64,000 nt of DNA, taken from positions 5,396,001-5,460,000 of the forward strand of contig CM075998.1 in the NCBI GenBank assembly GCA_038087875.1, in the 5' to 3' direction. This document shows, one piece after another, positions 37,080-50,159 of this stretch. Position 1 is the stretch's first letter; every line of letters begins with the position of its first letter. The translations under genes and the position numbers were made by a program. Origin of the DNA: Malacoraja senta. Lineage: Eukaryota. Below the pieces are notes generated by a model that was not told the DNA's origin, did no database searches, and was given only the letters and a program-made list of their open reading frames with translations.

Positions 37080-37590
37080 TTCAAGGTCAGGGCAGTCAAA
37101 CCATCCACAGTCTGGGTGATCAAAGCCCCGCAGCTGACGATTGAAGCCCCCGTCGGGGTGATCGAAACTCCGCAGCCGGGGCGGTTGAAACTCTCACCGC
37201 GGCATGGAGCTCCCGAGTCGGCCTCTTCTTACCAGAGACCGCGGGCTTCACGATGTTAAAGTCCACAGGCCCCGCGGTTGGAGCTTTGATCCCCGGCAAA
37301 GGGATCGCAAGCTCCGCGATGTTAAAGTCCCGCAGACTCCCGTCGGTCTCCACAAAAGGTCGCCAACTCCACAATGTTAGGCCGCAGTGCGGACGGAGAT
37401 ACCACACGGAAAAAAATCACATCTCCGTCGAGGGTAAGAGATGAAAAAAAGTTTCCCCCAATCCCCCCCCCCCCCCAAGTAAAACAAACCAAAGAACACT
37501 AAACATACTTTTTAACACATACTAAAAATAACAAAAAGAAGAGAGGACAGACAGACTGTTGGCGAGGCAGCCACTGCTGGTGGCGCCACC
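37080..37590 (-). mobile_element. GC-rich non-autonomous element related to 19213-20052, inserted in a CR1 tail
   Basis: Minus strand begins GGTGGCGCCACC, then GTCTGTCTGTC, T-rich tract, poly-G and hairpin, in the same order as 19213-19400; host CR1 is split at GAGGAGG|TGGTTGAGGC. Confidence 0.55.
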
Positions 37591-38544
37591 TGATGGTTGA
37601 GGCAGTACTCTCGCAATGTTCAAGAAACAGTTAGACGGGTACATGGATAGGGCAGACTTTGAGGAATATGGGCCAAACGCGGGCAGGTGGGACTAGTGTA
37701 GCTGGGCATGTTGGCCGGTGTGGCAAATTGGGCTGAAGGGCCTGTTTCCACACTGTATCACTCTGTGACTCTGTAACTCTAAACGTCATTGCCAGAAACA
37801 GCAGTATGAGCCAGAACAATTAAAAGAAGCGGCTTCTTGTCACGGTGGCTCAGCAGTAGAGTTGCTGCCTCACAACGCCAGAGACCTGGGTTCAATCCTG
37901 ACTGCGTGTGCTGTCTGTACAGAGTTTGCACGTTCTCCCCGTGACCTATGTGCTTCCGGTTTCAACGGCCATCTTGCAAAAGGAAAGAAAAAGCAGGTTC
38001 ATTTCCAGGGATTCATGGCTAAAGTAGATAGGATACGATGTACCCTGTAAAGGCGAAACATTGCAGTTGCTGGAAATCTGAAATAAGACAGAAACTACAG
38101 GAATCATTCAGCGGACCAGCCGACTACTGTGGATGGAGAAAGAAAGTTAACATTTCAGGTCTATCCTAAATAAATCAGCATCATTTCAAGGCTCAATGTA
38201 AAGTTTTGAATCCCGATTTGTATCTTCAAGGCATCTTGTGCCTGGTTTGGATGCATGGTGCTGCCACTGGTGGGCAAGAGGAAAGAGTGCAGTGACGTCT
38301 CGAATAGCCCCCTTTGCCCACAGTTTGCAGGGTGCTGTACAAATTGCTCTGTTACTGTGGGTAGGAGGCCTCACAGTCCCTCCCACTCCCATCCATGTAG
38401 GAATGCAAAAACTGTGAGCTGGCCTCAGTTGGAAGTCTGTTGGCTTCTGAATTAGTAAGTTGTGAGCTGAAGCAACAATGCAGGACCTTGGTTGTGTAAA
38501 TTAGGTTGTCCAGATGCACATCCCTTGTACATGTGGGATCACTC

Positions 38545-38790
38545 GCATAAGTTCATGTTCAGAAATGATAGAAGCAGAATTAGGCCATTCAGCCCATCAA
38601 AATCTATTCTGCCATTTCAATCATGACTGATCTATCTCTCCCTCTCAACCCCATTCTCCTGCCTTCTCCCCATAACCCCTGACACCCGTACAAATCAAAG
38701 ATCTGTCAATCTCTGTCTTAAAAATACCCATTGACTTGGCCTCCACCGCCTTCTGTGGCAATGAATTCCACAGATTCACCACCTCTGGCT
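38545..38790 (-). mobile_element. CR1 3' fragment
   Basis: CR1 UTR matching 47505-47730. Confidence 0.85.
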
Positions 38791-38981
38791 AAAGACAACT
38801 CATTGCTGTTGGCATTCTATTCTTTACTTCCATTCTTTCACTGCACTGATTAGGGTCATTCCTTCTTCTCCCCACTCCCGTCGGCAGAAGGTACAGAAGC
38901 TTGAAAGCCTGCACCACCAGACTCAGGAACAGCTTCTTCCCTCTGTTATCAGGCTTCTGAACAGTCCAGTCCTTCCATAAG

Positions 38982-39744
38982 AGAATTGAGGAATGCAGTT
39001 GAACAGAGGGATCTAGGAATAACTGTGCATAGTTCCCTGAAGGTGGAATCTCATGTAGATAGGGTGGTAAAGAAAGCTTTTGGTGTGCTGGCCTTTATAA
39101 ATCAGAGCATTGAATATAGAATTTGGGATGTAATGTTAAAATTGTACAAGGCATTGGTGAGGCCAATTCTGGAGGTATGGAGTACAATTTTGGTCGCCTA
39201 ATTATAGGAAGGATGTCAACAAAATAGAGAGAGTACAGAGGAGATTTACCAGAATGTTGCCTGGGTTTCAGCAACTAAGTTACAGAGAAAGGTTGAACAA
39301 GTTAGGTCTTTATTCTTTGGAGCGCAGAAGGTTAAGAGGGGACTTGATAGAGGTCTTTAAAATTATGAGCGGGTTAGACAGAGTTGACGTGGATAAGCTT
39401 TTTCCATTGAGAGTAGGGAAGATTCAAACAAGGGGACATGACTTGAGAATTAAGGGACAGAAGTTTAGGGGCAACATTAGGGGGAACTTCTTTACTCAGA
39501 GAATGGTAGCTGTGTGGAATGAGCTTCCAGTGGAAGTGGTGGAGGCTGGTTCGATTTTATCCTTTAAAAATAGATTGGATGGGTATATGGACGGGAAAGG
39601 AATGGAGGGTTATGGTCTGAGTGCAGGTAGATGGGACTAGGGGGAAGTATTTTTTAATTTTTTAATTTTTTATTTTTTTAAATGTTCGGCACGGACTTGA
39701 AGGGCCGAGATGGCCTGTTTCTGTGCTGTAATGGTTATATGGTT
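38982..39744 (+). mobile_element. CR1 3' fragment nested in a Rex1-like tail (38860-39995)
   Basis: ORF 39254-39640 is a CR1 C-terminus; TSD ATAAG at 38977-38981 and 39745-39749. Confidence 0.9.
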
Positions 39745-40445
39745 ATAAGCTAGACTACTTTCCGATTCACCTCGACCCTATTGCGGACATTGGACTTTGT
39801 CTCTGGAACTGATGCGCTACAATGCTGAGAACTATATTCTGCACTCTGTATCTTCCCCTTTGCTCTACCTATTATCCTTGAGTTTGACATGATTGTATTT
39901 ATGTATAGCATATCTGATCAGTTTGGATAGCACGCAACGACACAGCCTCTTCACTGTATCTCGGTACACGTGACAATAATAAACCTAAACTTAAGCCTAC
40001 CTTGAATTTGCATTGAATGATAGAAATTTGACTACATCAAACCTACACCAGCTCTCTGCAAAGGGAAACCCAGTCTATCCCATTCCCCAGTTTGTTTCCA
40101 CAGTCTTGCATTTTCTTTGCTTTCTTTCTTGCTTAAAGGGCAGTGGAGGCAGAGTCCTTGAATATAGACACAAAATGTTGGAGTAACCCAGCGGGACAGG
40201 CAGCATCTCTGGAGAGAAGGAATGGGTGACGTATCGGGTCGAGACCCTTCTAAGACCGTCTTTGAATATACTTTAGGTAGAGCCAGAGAGAGTGTCTCCG
40301 GAGGGGAGACAAGAGCGTCGGATGGTGTGGTCTTGGCATCATGTGCGGCACAAACATTTTGGGCCGAGTGGCCTGTCCCTGTGCTGTACGGTTCTATGTT
40401 CTATGTTTGATGTGAATGTCGCCCTTGTATGTGCCCTGTGCCTTT

Positions 40446-40746
40446 GGGCGTCACGGTGGCGCAGCGGTAGAGTTGCCGCCTCCCAGCGCCAGAGACCCGT
40501 GTTTGATCCTGACTACGGGTGCTGTCTGTACGGAGTTTGTACCTTCTCCCTGTGGGTTCCCCCCAAGATCTCCAGATTCCACCCACACTCCAAAGACGTA
40601 CAGGTTTGTAGGTTAATTGGCTTGGTATAAGTGTAAATTGTCCCTAGTGTGTGTAGGATAGTGTTAATGTGCGGGGATCGCTGGTCGGTCGGGACTCAAT
40701 GGGCTGAGGTGCCCGTTTTCCACGCTGTATCTCTAAACTAAACTAA
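40446..40746 (+). mobile_element. V-SINE (HE1-like)
   Basis: A/B boxes and tail. Confidence 0.85.
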
Positions 40747-41034
40747 GCTTGTATGCTTGAACATAATTGGCTGTAAAACTCTCCAGGAATACATCACAAC
40801 TCAGAGAGAGCTTGACGGCTATGCTTTAAATTACATTAATTTTATAATTACGAATAAATTGGTTATTATTCGGGCAAATATGGAATGCAGACAAGGAAAT
40901 TAGATTTCATGCTCCATCACATTCTCCAAGCTAGCTTTTGTCCCCCGATAAGCCACTCTGAATAGTAGCTTTATTGTAATCCCAAGCTTCAATTCATTTT
41001 CTAAATTGTCATCCCTTCTCCCTGGTTTCATGCC

Positions 41035-41480
41035 GTTTAGAGTCATAGTGTCACAGAGTGATACAGTTGGAAACAGGCCCTTCGGCCCAACTTGCCCACA
41101 CCAGCCAACATGTCCCAGCTACACTAGTCCCACCTGCCTGCATTTGGTCCATATCCCTCCAAACCTGTCCTATCCATGTACCCTGTTTAACTGTTTCTTA
41201 AGTCCCAGCCTCAACTACCTCCTCTGGCAGCTTGTTCCATACACCCACCACCCTCTGTGTGAAAAAGTTACCCCTCAGATTCCTATTAAATCTTTTCCCC
41301 TTAACCTTGAACCTATGTCCTCTGGTCCTCGATTCCCCTACTCTGGGCAAGAGACTCTGTGCATCTACCCGATCTATTCCTCTCATGACTTTATACACCT
41401 CTATAAGATCACCCCTCATCCTCCTGCGCTCCAAGGAATAGTCCCAGCCTGCTCAACCTCTCCCTGTAGCTCAGATCCTC
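41035..41480 (-). mobile_element. CR1 3' fragment
   Basis: ORF 41198-41434 ERRRMRGDLIEVYK. Confidence 0.9.
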
Positions 41481-42109
41481 TTGCTACCAGTAATCTACCC
41501 ACCAGCTCATTAACTAACCCACTTCAAAGAGCAAATGAAAAGCGATGAATGACTGATCTCCAGATTATACATCCTCTCACTTCAACTGCCAGGAAATGAC
41601 AGTCAAGAGTCTAAAGTGTTTCATTGTCAGATCTACTGAGAATGGAACCAAGATTTCATCCTTACTTGCAGCAGCATAAACTAGGTTATCATAATAGGAA
41701 TGGCAGGCTGTTGGTATTGTATCAAGATGGAGTTCCAACAGAGGAACTTGACATTCAGCAGAGGTTCGGTCACATAGCGTGCTATAGTTTGCAACCGAAT
41801 GCCCCACTATTACTCTCGACACGCCACCACAGTCTTACAAAGTATCGAGACAAACTCAGGCAGCCACGGTGAATACTGACAGAAAAGCAGAAAATACCTC
41901 TACAGATACAGACAGTCCCCGGAGAATGCTCTCTTAACACACACACACCCCGAGACCCCCTGTAAAAACACACACAGACCCCGCGGGACCCCCTGTAAAC
42001 ACACTTTTTTCTGCAGAAAGATTAATCTTGTCCATTTTCAAGTGTTTGTTTCAAGATGCTGCCACATTCTGGGAAGTAACTCCTACACTGGTGGTCTCAT
42101 TCCTTCACA

Positions 42110-43000
42110 GTTTTCAGTTCAGTTTAGTTATTGTAACATGTACCGAGGTACAGTGAAAACCTTTTGTTGCGAGCTAACCAGTCAGCGGAAAGACAACACA
42201 CGATTACAATCGAGCCATTTACATTGTATAGATACAGGATAAGGGAATAAGGTTTAGTGCAAGGTAAAGCCAGCAAAGTCCAATCAAGGATAGTCTGAGG
42301 GTCACCAACGAGGTAGATAGTAGTTCAGGACCGCTCTCTGGTTGTGGTAGGATGGTTCAGTCGCCTGATAACAGCTGGGAAGAAACTGTCCCTGAATCTG
42401 GAGGTGTGTGTGCGTTTGTTTTCACACTTCTGTACCTCTTGCCTGATGGGAGAGGGGAGAAGAGGGAGTGGCCGGGGTGCGACTGGTCCCTTGATGATGC
42501 TGCTGGCCTTGCCGAGGCAGCGTGAGGTGTAGATGGAGTCGATGGAAGGAAGGGAGGTTGGTTTGTGTGACGGTCTGGGCTGCTTCCACAATTCGCTGCG
42601 ATTTCTTGCGTTGTTGGATGGAGCTGTTCCCAAACCGTGCTGCAATGCATCCCGATAAAATGCTTTCCGCGGCGCATCTGTAGAAGTTGGGGGGAGTTGT
42701 TGGGGACATGTCGAACTTCCTAAGCCTTCTAAGGAAGTAGAGACGTTGGTGTGCTTTCTTGGTCATCGCTTCAATATGGGTGGTCCAGGAGAAGTTGTTG
42801 GTGATATTGACTCCTTGGAAGTTTTCAACCATCTCTATTTCGGCGCCGTCAATGCAAACCGGGGTGTGTGTAGCGTTTTGCTCCCTGACGTCGATCACGA
42901 TCTCCTTTGTCTTGCTGACATGGTGAGAAAGGTTGTTGTCTCAACAACAGGACACGAGGTTCTCAATCTCCTTCCTGTACTCTGTCTCATCATTATTTGT
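42110..43000 (-). mobile_element. Rex1/Babar-like LINE 3' part
   Basis: KKAHQRLYFLRRLRKF, FYRCAAESILSGCI, RFRDSFFPAVIRRLN. Confidence 0.85.
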
Positions 43001-43121
43001 GGTAATGGTTCAGTTTATTATTGTCATGTGCACCGAGGTACAGTGAAAAACTACCTTTGCTTGTCAATCATTCAATCCATGAGCACAATTAAGCCCTACG
43101 CAAGAGCAAAAAAAGACAGAA

Positions 43122-43620
43122 AGTGCTGGAGTAACTCAGCGGGTCAGGCAGCATCTGTGGAGAACATGGATAGGTGACGTTTCACAGAGTGCTGGAGTAA
43201 CTCAGCGGGTCAGGCAGCATCTGTGGAGAACATGGATAGGTGACGTTTCACAGAGTGCTGGAGTAACTCAGCGGGTCAGGCAGCATCTGTGGAGAACATG
43301 GATAGGTGACGTTTCACAGAGTGCTGGAGTAACTCAGCGGGTCAGGCAGCATCTGTGGAGAACATGGATAAGTGATGTTTCGGGTCGGGACGGGGGGGAT
43401 TGCAGTGGGGGGAGAAAGCTGGAAGAGAGGTGGTGGCGGGACAAAGCCTGGCAAGCGATATATGTGGGGGCAGTCTGATTGGCAAATGGTTTGACGAAGG
43501 CTTGAGCTGGTAAGAAATAAGGTTGTGAGATAAGAAGAGAAGTTGCAAGAAGTGTAAGGCCAGAGGAAGGGACATTGGTAAAAGGGGACAGGAATAGAAG
43601 GTGGGGGTAGGGGAAAGGGG
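43122..43620 (-). repeat. 66-bp array (4 units) attached to diverged PLE 3' UTR
   Basis: Units 43122-43390, then purine-rich PLE UTR. Confidence 0.88.
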
Positions 43621-43852
43621 GTGCAAGATGGCTTTACATTTCATTCCTCTTCTCTCCTTCTCCCCTTATCCCAACAGTCCTTTCTTACAGCCATCAGGCT
43701 ATTAAACACTACAATCTCCATTGAGCTCTGGACTACACAGACTATTATTGTTATCATTGCACTATTATTGTTCGTATATGTGCTTGTGTGTGTGTGTATA
43801 TATATATTTCATCTCTGGCCTTTGTCCAACCATCAGTATCATATTCCTACTG

Positions 43853-44176
43853 CGGCACGGTGGCACAGCGGTAGAGTCGCTGCCTCACAGCGCCAGAGAC
43901 CCGGGTTCCATCCTGACTACGGGTGCTGTCTGTACGGAGTTTGTACATTCTCCCCGTGACCTGCGTGGGTTTTCTCCGGGTGCTCCGGTTTCCTCCCACA
44001 CTGCAAAGTGGTACAGGTTTGTAGGTTAATTGTCTTTGCTAAAATTGTACATTGTCCCTAGTGTGTGTAGGATAGTGTTAGTGTGCGGGGGGGGGGGGGG
44101 GGGGCGCTGGTCGGTGCGGACTCGGTGGGCCGAAGGGCCTGTTTCTGCGCTGTATCTCTAAACTAAACTAAACTAA
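43853..44176 (+). mobile_element. V-SINE (HE1-like) with poly-G expansion
   Basis: A/B boxes, core and tail. Confidence 0.85.
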
Positions 44177-44813
44177 TATTCATCACCCTGTATGTCCCAT
44201 GCGATTGTCGTGATTTCCACAATCAACAAGCTGCAATGTCTTTATGTAATGGGCTGCAGAATGGAAATGCAATGTAATGGGATGTCTCCAGCCAGCGGTG
44301 TCCTGGTGATATCGAAACTCTATGAAAAGGCCATCTTTCGGCCAGCTCCCCACACACATCTGTACCCCACACCTGACCGTCCCTTCTCTAACTCCAAATG
44401 CTGGGAGCCTTCAAAGGATTGATCACATTGTACAAGATGACACCAGAAACATAGTGACTCGTGTGCACGGACTCAGTGTGGTTCACCATCTCACACTTAG
44501 TATGATGGTGCCTGATTGTAGGATTGTCACTGAGCTGTTTGAAAAAAGATAATGTCACTGCACTTAGGTAGACGCAACAATAAAGTAATGTTGAACCATT
44601 GAACAGGCAAGGCCAGAGTAGATGGGCTGTTTGAATGCAAACTGCATCACAGGCATTGGTGTCCCTGGCTGACATGCCTCTGGGCTCCCACTGGATTGTA
44701 AACCCCCACTGGGCCTGTACTCACCAGAGTTTAGAAAAATGAGGGGGGACCGCATTGAAACGTACCGAATAGTGAGAGGCCTGGATAGAGTGGATGTGGA
44801 GAGGATGTTTCCA

Positions 44814-47075
44814 TTGGTGACCATAGTTTGATTAGGTTTAAGATAGTTATGGATAGGGACAGAGAGGGTCCACATGGTTAAAATGCTCAACTGGGGTAAG
44901 GCCAACTTTGAGAGAAGGTCTCGCTCAAGTTGACTGGAGCAGGTTATTAGAGGGGAAAGGAACATCGGCCAAGTGGGATGTTTTTAAAAGTGTACTGAAG
45001 AAAGCTCAGGATATGTACGTCCCCATTAGAGTGAAGGGCAAAGCAGGCAAACGTAAGGAAGCTTGGCTGATGAGGGAAATCGAGGCATTGGTCAAAAACA
45101 AGAAGGATGCATGAGACGGATGTAGGCAGCTGGGATCAAGTGCATCCCTGGAGGAGTTTCGGGAACTAAGGAGTAAACTGAAAAAGGAAATCATAAGGGC
45201 AAAAAGGGGCCAGGAGATAGCTCTGGCGGGTAGCATTAAGGACAATCCCAAAAGAATTTTATAAATACATAAGGGGAAAAGGGTAATTAGAGAGAGAGAG
45301 TGGGACCTGTCAGGAATCAAAGCGGTCACCTCTATGTGGAGCCACAGGAGATGGGCAAGGTCCTCAATGAGTATTTCTCCTCTGTATTTACCGAGGAGAA
45401 AGACAGTAGGACGGAGGAACTTGGGACAGTCAATGGAAGTGTCTTGAGAGCAGTCAGGGTTACTGTCGAAGAAGTACTGAAGGTACTGTCGTGTTTGAAG
45501 GTAGACAAATCTCCAGGGCCTGATCTGATATATCCGAGGACATTGCAGGAAACTAGAGAGGAAATTGCGGCAGCCCCGATTGAAATTTACGAGTCGTCCT
45601 TAAATACAGGAGAGGTGCCGGAAGACTGGAGGGTGGCAAATGTTGTGCCTCTTTTCAAGAAGGGCTGCAGGGAAAATGTTGGGAACTATAGGCCGGTGAG
45701 CTTAACATCTGTATTGGTAAGTTACTGGAGAGTATTCTGACGGATAGGATAAACAGGCATTTGGATGGGCAAGGGCTGATTAGGGATAGTCAGCATGGTT
45801 TTGTACGTGAGAGGTGGTGTCCAACAAACCTGATTGATTTTTTTGAAGACGTGACCAAAAAGGTCGATGAGGGCAGAGCTGTAGATGTTGTGTACATGGA
45901 CTTCAGTAAGGCGTTCGACAAGGTTCCGCATGGTAGGCTGCTCTGGAAGGTTAGATCACATGGGATCTAAGGAGAGATAGCTGAATGGAGAGCAAATTGG
46001 CTCCATGGAAGGAAGCAGAGGGTGATGGTGGAAGGTTGCTTCTCAGACTGGAGGCCTGTGACTAGTGGTGTGCCTCAGGGTTCGGTGCTGGGCCTGTTAC
46101 TGTTTGTCATCTACATCAATGATTTGGATGAGAACATACAGGGCAAGATTAACAAGTTTGCTGATGATACAAAAGTGGGTGGTTTTGCAGATAGTGAAGA
46201 TGGTTGTGAACGATTGCAGCAGGATCTGGATCGATTGGCCAGGTGGGCGGAGGAATGGTTGATGGAATTTAATACAGAGAAGTGTGAGGTGTTGCATTTT
46301 GGGACGTCGAACAAGGGCAGGACCTACACAGTAAATGGTCGGCCTCTGGGTAGTGTTGTAGAGCAGAGGGATCTAGGAGTACAGGTGCATGGTTCCTTGA
46401 AGGTCGAGTCGCAGGTAGATAAGGTGGTCAAAAAAGCTTTTGGCACTTTGGCCTTCATCAGTCAGAGTATTGAATATAGAAGTTGGGAGGTCATGTTGCA
46501 GCTGTCTAAGACATTGGTGAGACCGCATTTAGAATATTGTGTTCAGTTCTGGGCACCATGTTAGAGGAAAGATATTGTCAAGCTTGAAAGGGTTCAGAAA
46601 AGATTTACGAGGATGTTGCCAGGACTAGAGGGTGTGAGCTATAGGGAGAGGTTGAGCAGGCTGGGTCTCTATTCCATGGAGCGCAGGAGGATGAGGGGTG
46701 TTCTTATAGAGGTGTACAAAATCATGAGAGGAATAGATCGGGTAGATGCACAGAGTATTTTGCCCAGCGTAGGGGAATATAGGACCAGAGGATATAGGTT
46801 CAAGATGAAGGGGAAAAGATTTAATAGGAATCTGAGGGGTAACTTTTTCACACAAAGGGTGGTGGGTGTATGGAACAAGATGCCAGAGGAGGTAGTTGAG
46901 GCTGGGACTATCCCAATGTTTAAGAAACAATTAGACAAGGTACATGGATAGGACAGGTTTGGAGGGATATGGACCAAACGCAGGCAGGTGGGACTAGTTT
47001 AGCTGGGACATGTTGGCCGGTGTGGGCAAGTTGGGCCGAAGGGCCTGTTTCCACACTGTATGACTCTATGACTCT
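44814..47075 (+). mobile_element. CR1 LINE, ~2.3 kb (linker, RT, 3' UTR), nested in an older CR1 tail
   Basis: KSPGPD, NYRPVSLTS, MDFSKAFDKVPH, GVPQGSVLG, FADD; TGACTCTATGACTCT tail; host CR1 at 44705-44813 and 47076-47392. Confidence 0.95.
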
Positions 47076-47504
47076 AGTGGGAGAATCTAGGACCAGAGGT
47101 CATAGCCTCAGAATTAAAGGATGTCCTTTTAGGAGATGAGGAGAAATTTCTTTAGCCAGGGGGTGGTGAATCTGTGGAATTCATTGCCACAGAAGACTGT
47201 GGAGGCCAAGTCTGTGGATATTTTTAAGGCAAAGATATATAGATTCTTGATTAGTGCAGGTGTCAGGGGTTATGGGGAGAAGGCAGGAGAATGGGGTTAG
47301 GAGGGAGAGATATATCAGCCATGATTGAATGGCGGAGTAGACTTGATGGGTCAAATGGCCTAATTCTATTCCTGCCACTTATGACCTTATGAGCAGTCAG
47401 CTCCGGGAATGCTGGCTGATTTTGCACCTCCTGAGCTGAGCAACGAGGATGATTTTAACAACACAAGTCCAGTCCCTTACACATTACAAGCTCATAAATT
47501 CATG

Positions 47505-47845
47505 AGGTCTTATGAACAGAATTAAGCCATTCAGCCCATCAAGTCTACTTCGCCATTCAATCATGGCTGATCTATCTTTCCCTACTAACCCCATTCTCCT
47601 GCCTTCTCCCCATAACCCCTGACCCCCGTACTAATCAAGAATCTATCTATCTCTGCCTTAAAAATATCCACTGACTTGGCCTCCCCAGCCGTCTGTGGCA
47701 AAGAATTGCACAGATTCACCACCCTCTGGCTGAAGAAATTCCTCCTCATCTCCTTTTTTAAAGGTACGTCCTTTTATACTGAGGCTGTGCCCTCTGGTCC
47801 TAGACTCTCCCACCAGTGGAAACATCCTCTCCACATCCACTCTAC
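47505..47845 (-). mobile_element. CR1 3' fragment
   Basis: Inverted relative to 47076-47392. Confidence 0.85.
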
Positions 47846-48719
47846 CCGTCAAAAGCAGACATTGGCGATCTTCAACAGCAACCCCATGCATGGCGGATGT
47901 ATAAATGTTAATGAGGGAAGTGCACGCACACTTAGGTCTGTCTGAAGCTGATTGAAATTTTCCACTTAAGTCGGCAGTGAATGAAACAGTGACAAGATTA
48001 AATGCCACGAAGGCACCAAGGCCATGGATTAGATAGAAGACAGGCTTCCTTTGGCATGTATATTACCCTGCTGGTGGGCGTCAGATGCATCAAAATCATA
48101 TTTATATTGAACTACATCTGCCTTCTTATCATGACAGCCATCTCCAAGTGAAATTGTTAAATTGAGGAACAGCTTTTTGGCCTGCATTATATTGCAGGAT
48201 TGATTCAGAGTGAAACGCATTTTGTGTGCAAGCTTCCATAACCATCAGGGCGGAGAACGTCACCATCTGGCACGGATTTATCTGGATATCGTTTCCTCTT
48301 TTACACTTTAACATCTGATGGTTAACGCACTCTGCCTTCAGATTGTCTAATCTTCAGTGCAAGTATTTTACTTTATGAGAAGCAGATTGATTTGGAAGCA
48401 AGCAATAAAAGATCCTCCATGGACATAGGTCACCCAGATGTAAGCCGTAACAATGCAGAGTGATTTAGAGACATTCCCTTAATGCCAGTGAGTGCCTGAA
48501 TCAAGGCAGCAATTTATGTCTAATGCAATTCAGATTTGAACCCTGGACACTGTGGTGTTGCCTGCTGCCTTCTTCAGCTTCCAGCTCCGTCACAGATCTC
48601 TGCCTTGCTGGTGTCACCCTGGGTCCCCATTGTGTCTGTGTCCATGTGAACTTTGACTGCACCAGAGACGTGGAGAAAATAAATGGATCGATTGTGATCA
48701 TGTATAGTCTTTCTGCTGA

Positions 48720-48930
48720 GGATAGACACAAAATGCTGGAGTAACTCAGGCAGGTCAGACAGCATCTCTGGAGAAAAGGAATAGGTGACTTTTCGGGTGG
48801 AGACATTTCTTCAGACCTGAAACGTCACCCATTCCTTCTCTCTAGAGATGCTGCCAGACCCGCTGAGTTACTCCAGCATTTTGTGTCTATCTTTGGTTTA
48901 AACCGGCATCTGCAGTTCCTTCCTGCACAC
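48720..48930. mobile_element. Palindromic PLE terminal-repeat element
   Basis: Inverted arms GATAGACACAAAATGCTGGAGTAACTC and GAGTTACTCCAGCATTTTGTGTCTATC. Confidence 0.75.
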
Positions 48931-49134
48931 GTTGTCTTTCTGCTGACTGGTTAGCACACAACAAAAAGCTTTACACAGTACTACAATACACATGACAATA
49001 GACTAAACTGAAAATGATACCTTCACCTCTTTGTCCTTCCTTCTCATCCCCACAAGCCATCCCTCCTTCCAGTCCCTCGTCTGGGGTTCTTCTGCTCTCC
49101 TCCCCATCCCGAACCCCAGGTCTCAACCTTCACT

Positions 49135-49656
49135 GTAGAAACAAGGAACTGCAGATGCTGTTTAATACACAGTGATCGTGCTGGAGTAACTCAGCGGGTC
49201 AGGCAGCATCTGTGGAGAACATGGATAGGTGACGTTTCACAGAGTGCTGGAGTAACTCAGCGGGTCAGGCAGCATCTGTGGAGAACATGGATAGGTGACG
49301 TTTCACAGAGTGCTGGAGTAACTCAGCGGGTCAGGCAGCATCTGTGGAGAACATGGATAGGTGACGTTTCACAGAGTGCTGGAGTAACTCAGCGGGTCAG
49401 GCAGCATCTGTGGAGAACATGGATAGGTGACGTTTCACAGAGTGCTGGAGTAACTCAGCGGGTCAGGCAGCATCTGTGGAGAACATGGATAGGTGACGTT
49501 TCACAGAGAGCTGGAGTAACTCAGCGGGTCAGGCAGCATCTGTGGAGAACATGGATAGGTGACGTTTCACAGAGTGCTGGAGTAACTCAGCGGGTCAGGC
49601 AGCATCTCTGGAGAACATGGACAGGTGACATTTTGGGTCGTGACCCTTCTTCAGAC
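49135..49656 (-). repeat. 66-bp array (7 units) with hammerhead-type head
   Basis: GACGTTTC every 66 bp from 49231 to 49561; GACCCTTCTTCAGAC at ~49642. Confidence 0.92.
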
Positions 49657-50159
49657 AGGGACGATTTAGTTAGTTATTATTTAAAATGATGAGAGGTATG
49701 GACAGGGTAGACAGTCAGAACCTTTTTCCTGGGTGGAGATGTGCAACACTAGAGGGCGCAGCTTTAAGGTGAGAGGGAGAAAGTTTAAAGGAGATGTGCA
49801 GGGCAGGTTTTTTTACACAGAGGGTGGTGAGTATCTGGAACGAGCTGCCAAGAGTGGTGGTGGAGGTAGATACGATAGCGGAGTATCTAGTTAACCACCT
49901 ATTTAGTTATAGTTTAACTTGGCATCATGTTCAGCATGGACAGTGTGGGCTGAAGGGCCTGACCTTGTGCTGTACTGATCTATGGTAGACAGAAAAAGCT
50001 GGAGTAACTCAGCGTGACAAGCAGCATCTCTGGAGAGAAGGAATGGGTGACGTTTCAGGTTGAGACCCTTCTTCAGACCCGCTGAGTTACCCAGCATTTT
50101 GAGTCCATCTTCAGTTTAAACCAGCGTCTGCAGTTGCTTCCTGAACTGTACTAATCTAT

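Noticed and set aside
48358..48439. Possible 82-nt exon (TTCAG...GTAAG; ASILLYEKQIDLEASNKRSSMDIGHPD)
   Set aside because: Weak polypyrimidine tract, unrecognised peptide and no partner exons; needs RNA-seq.
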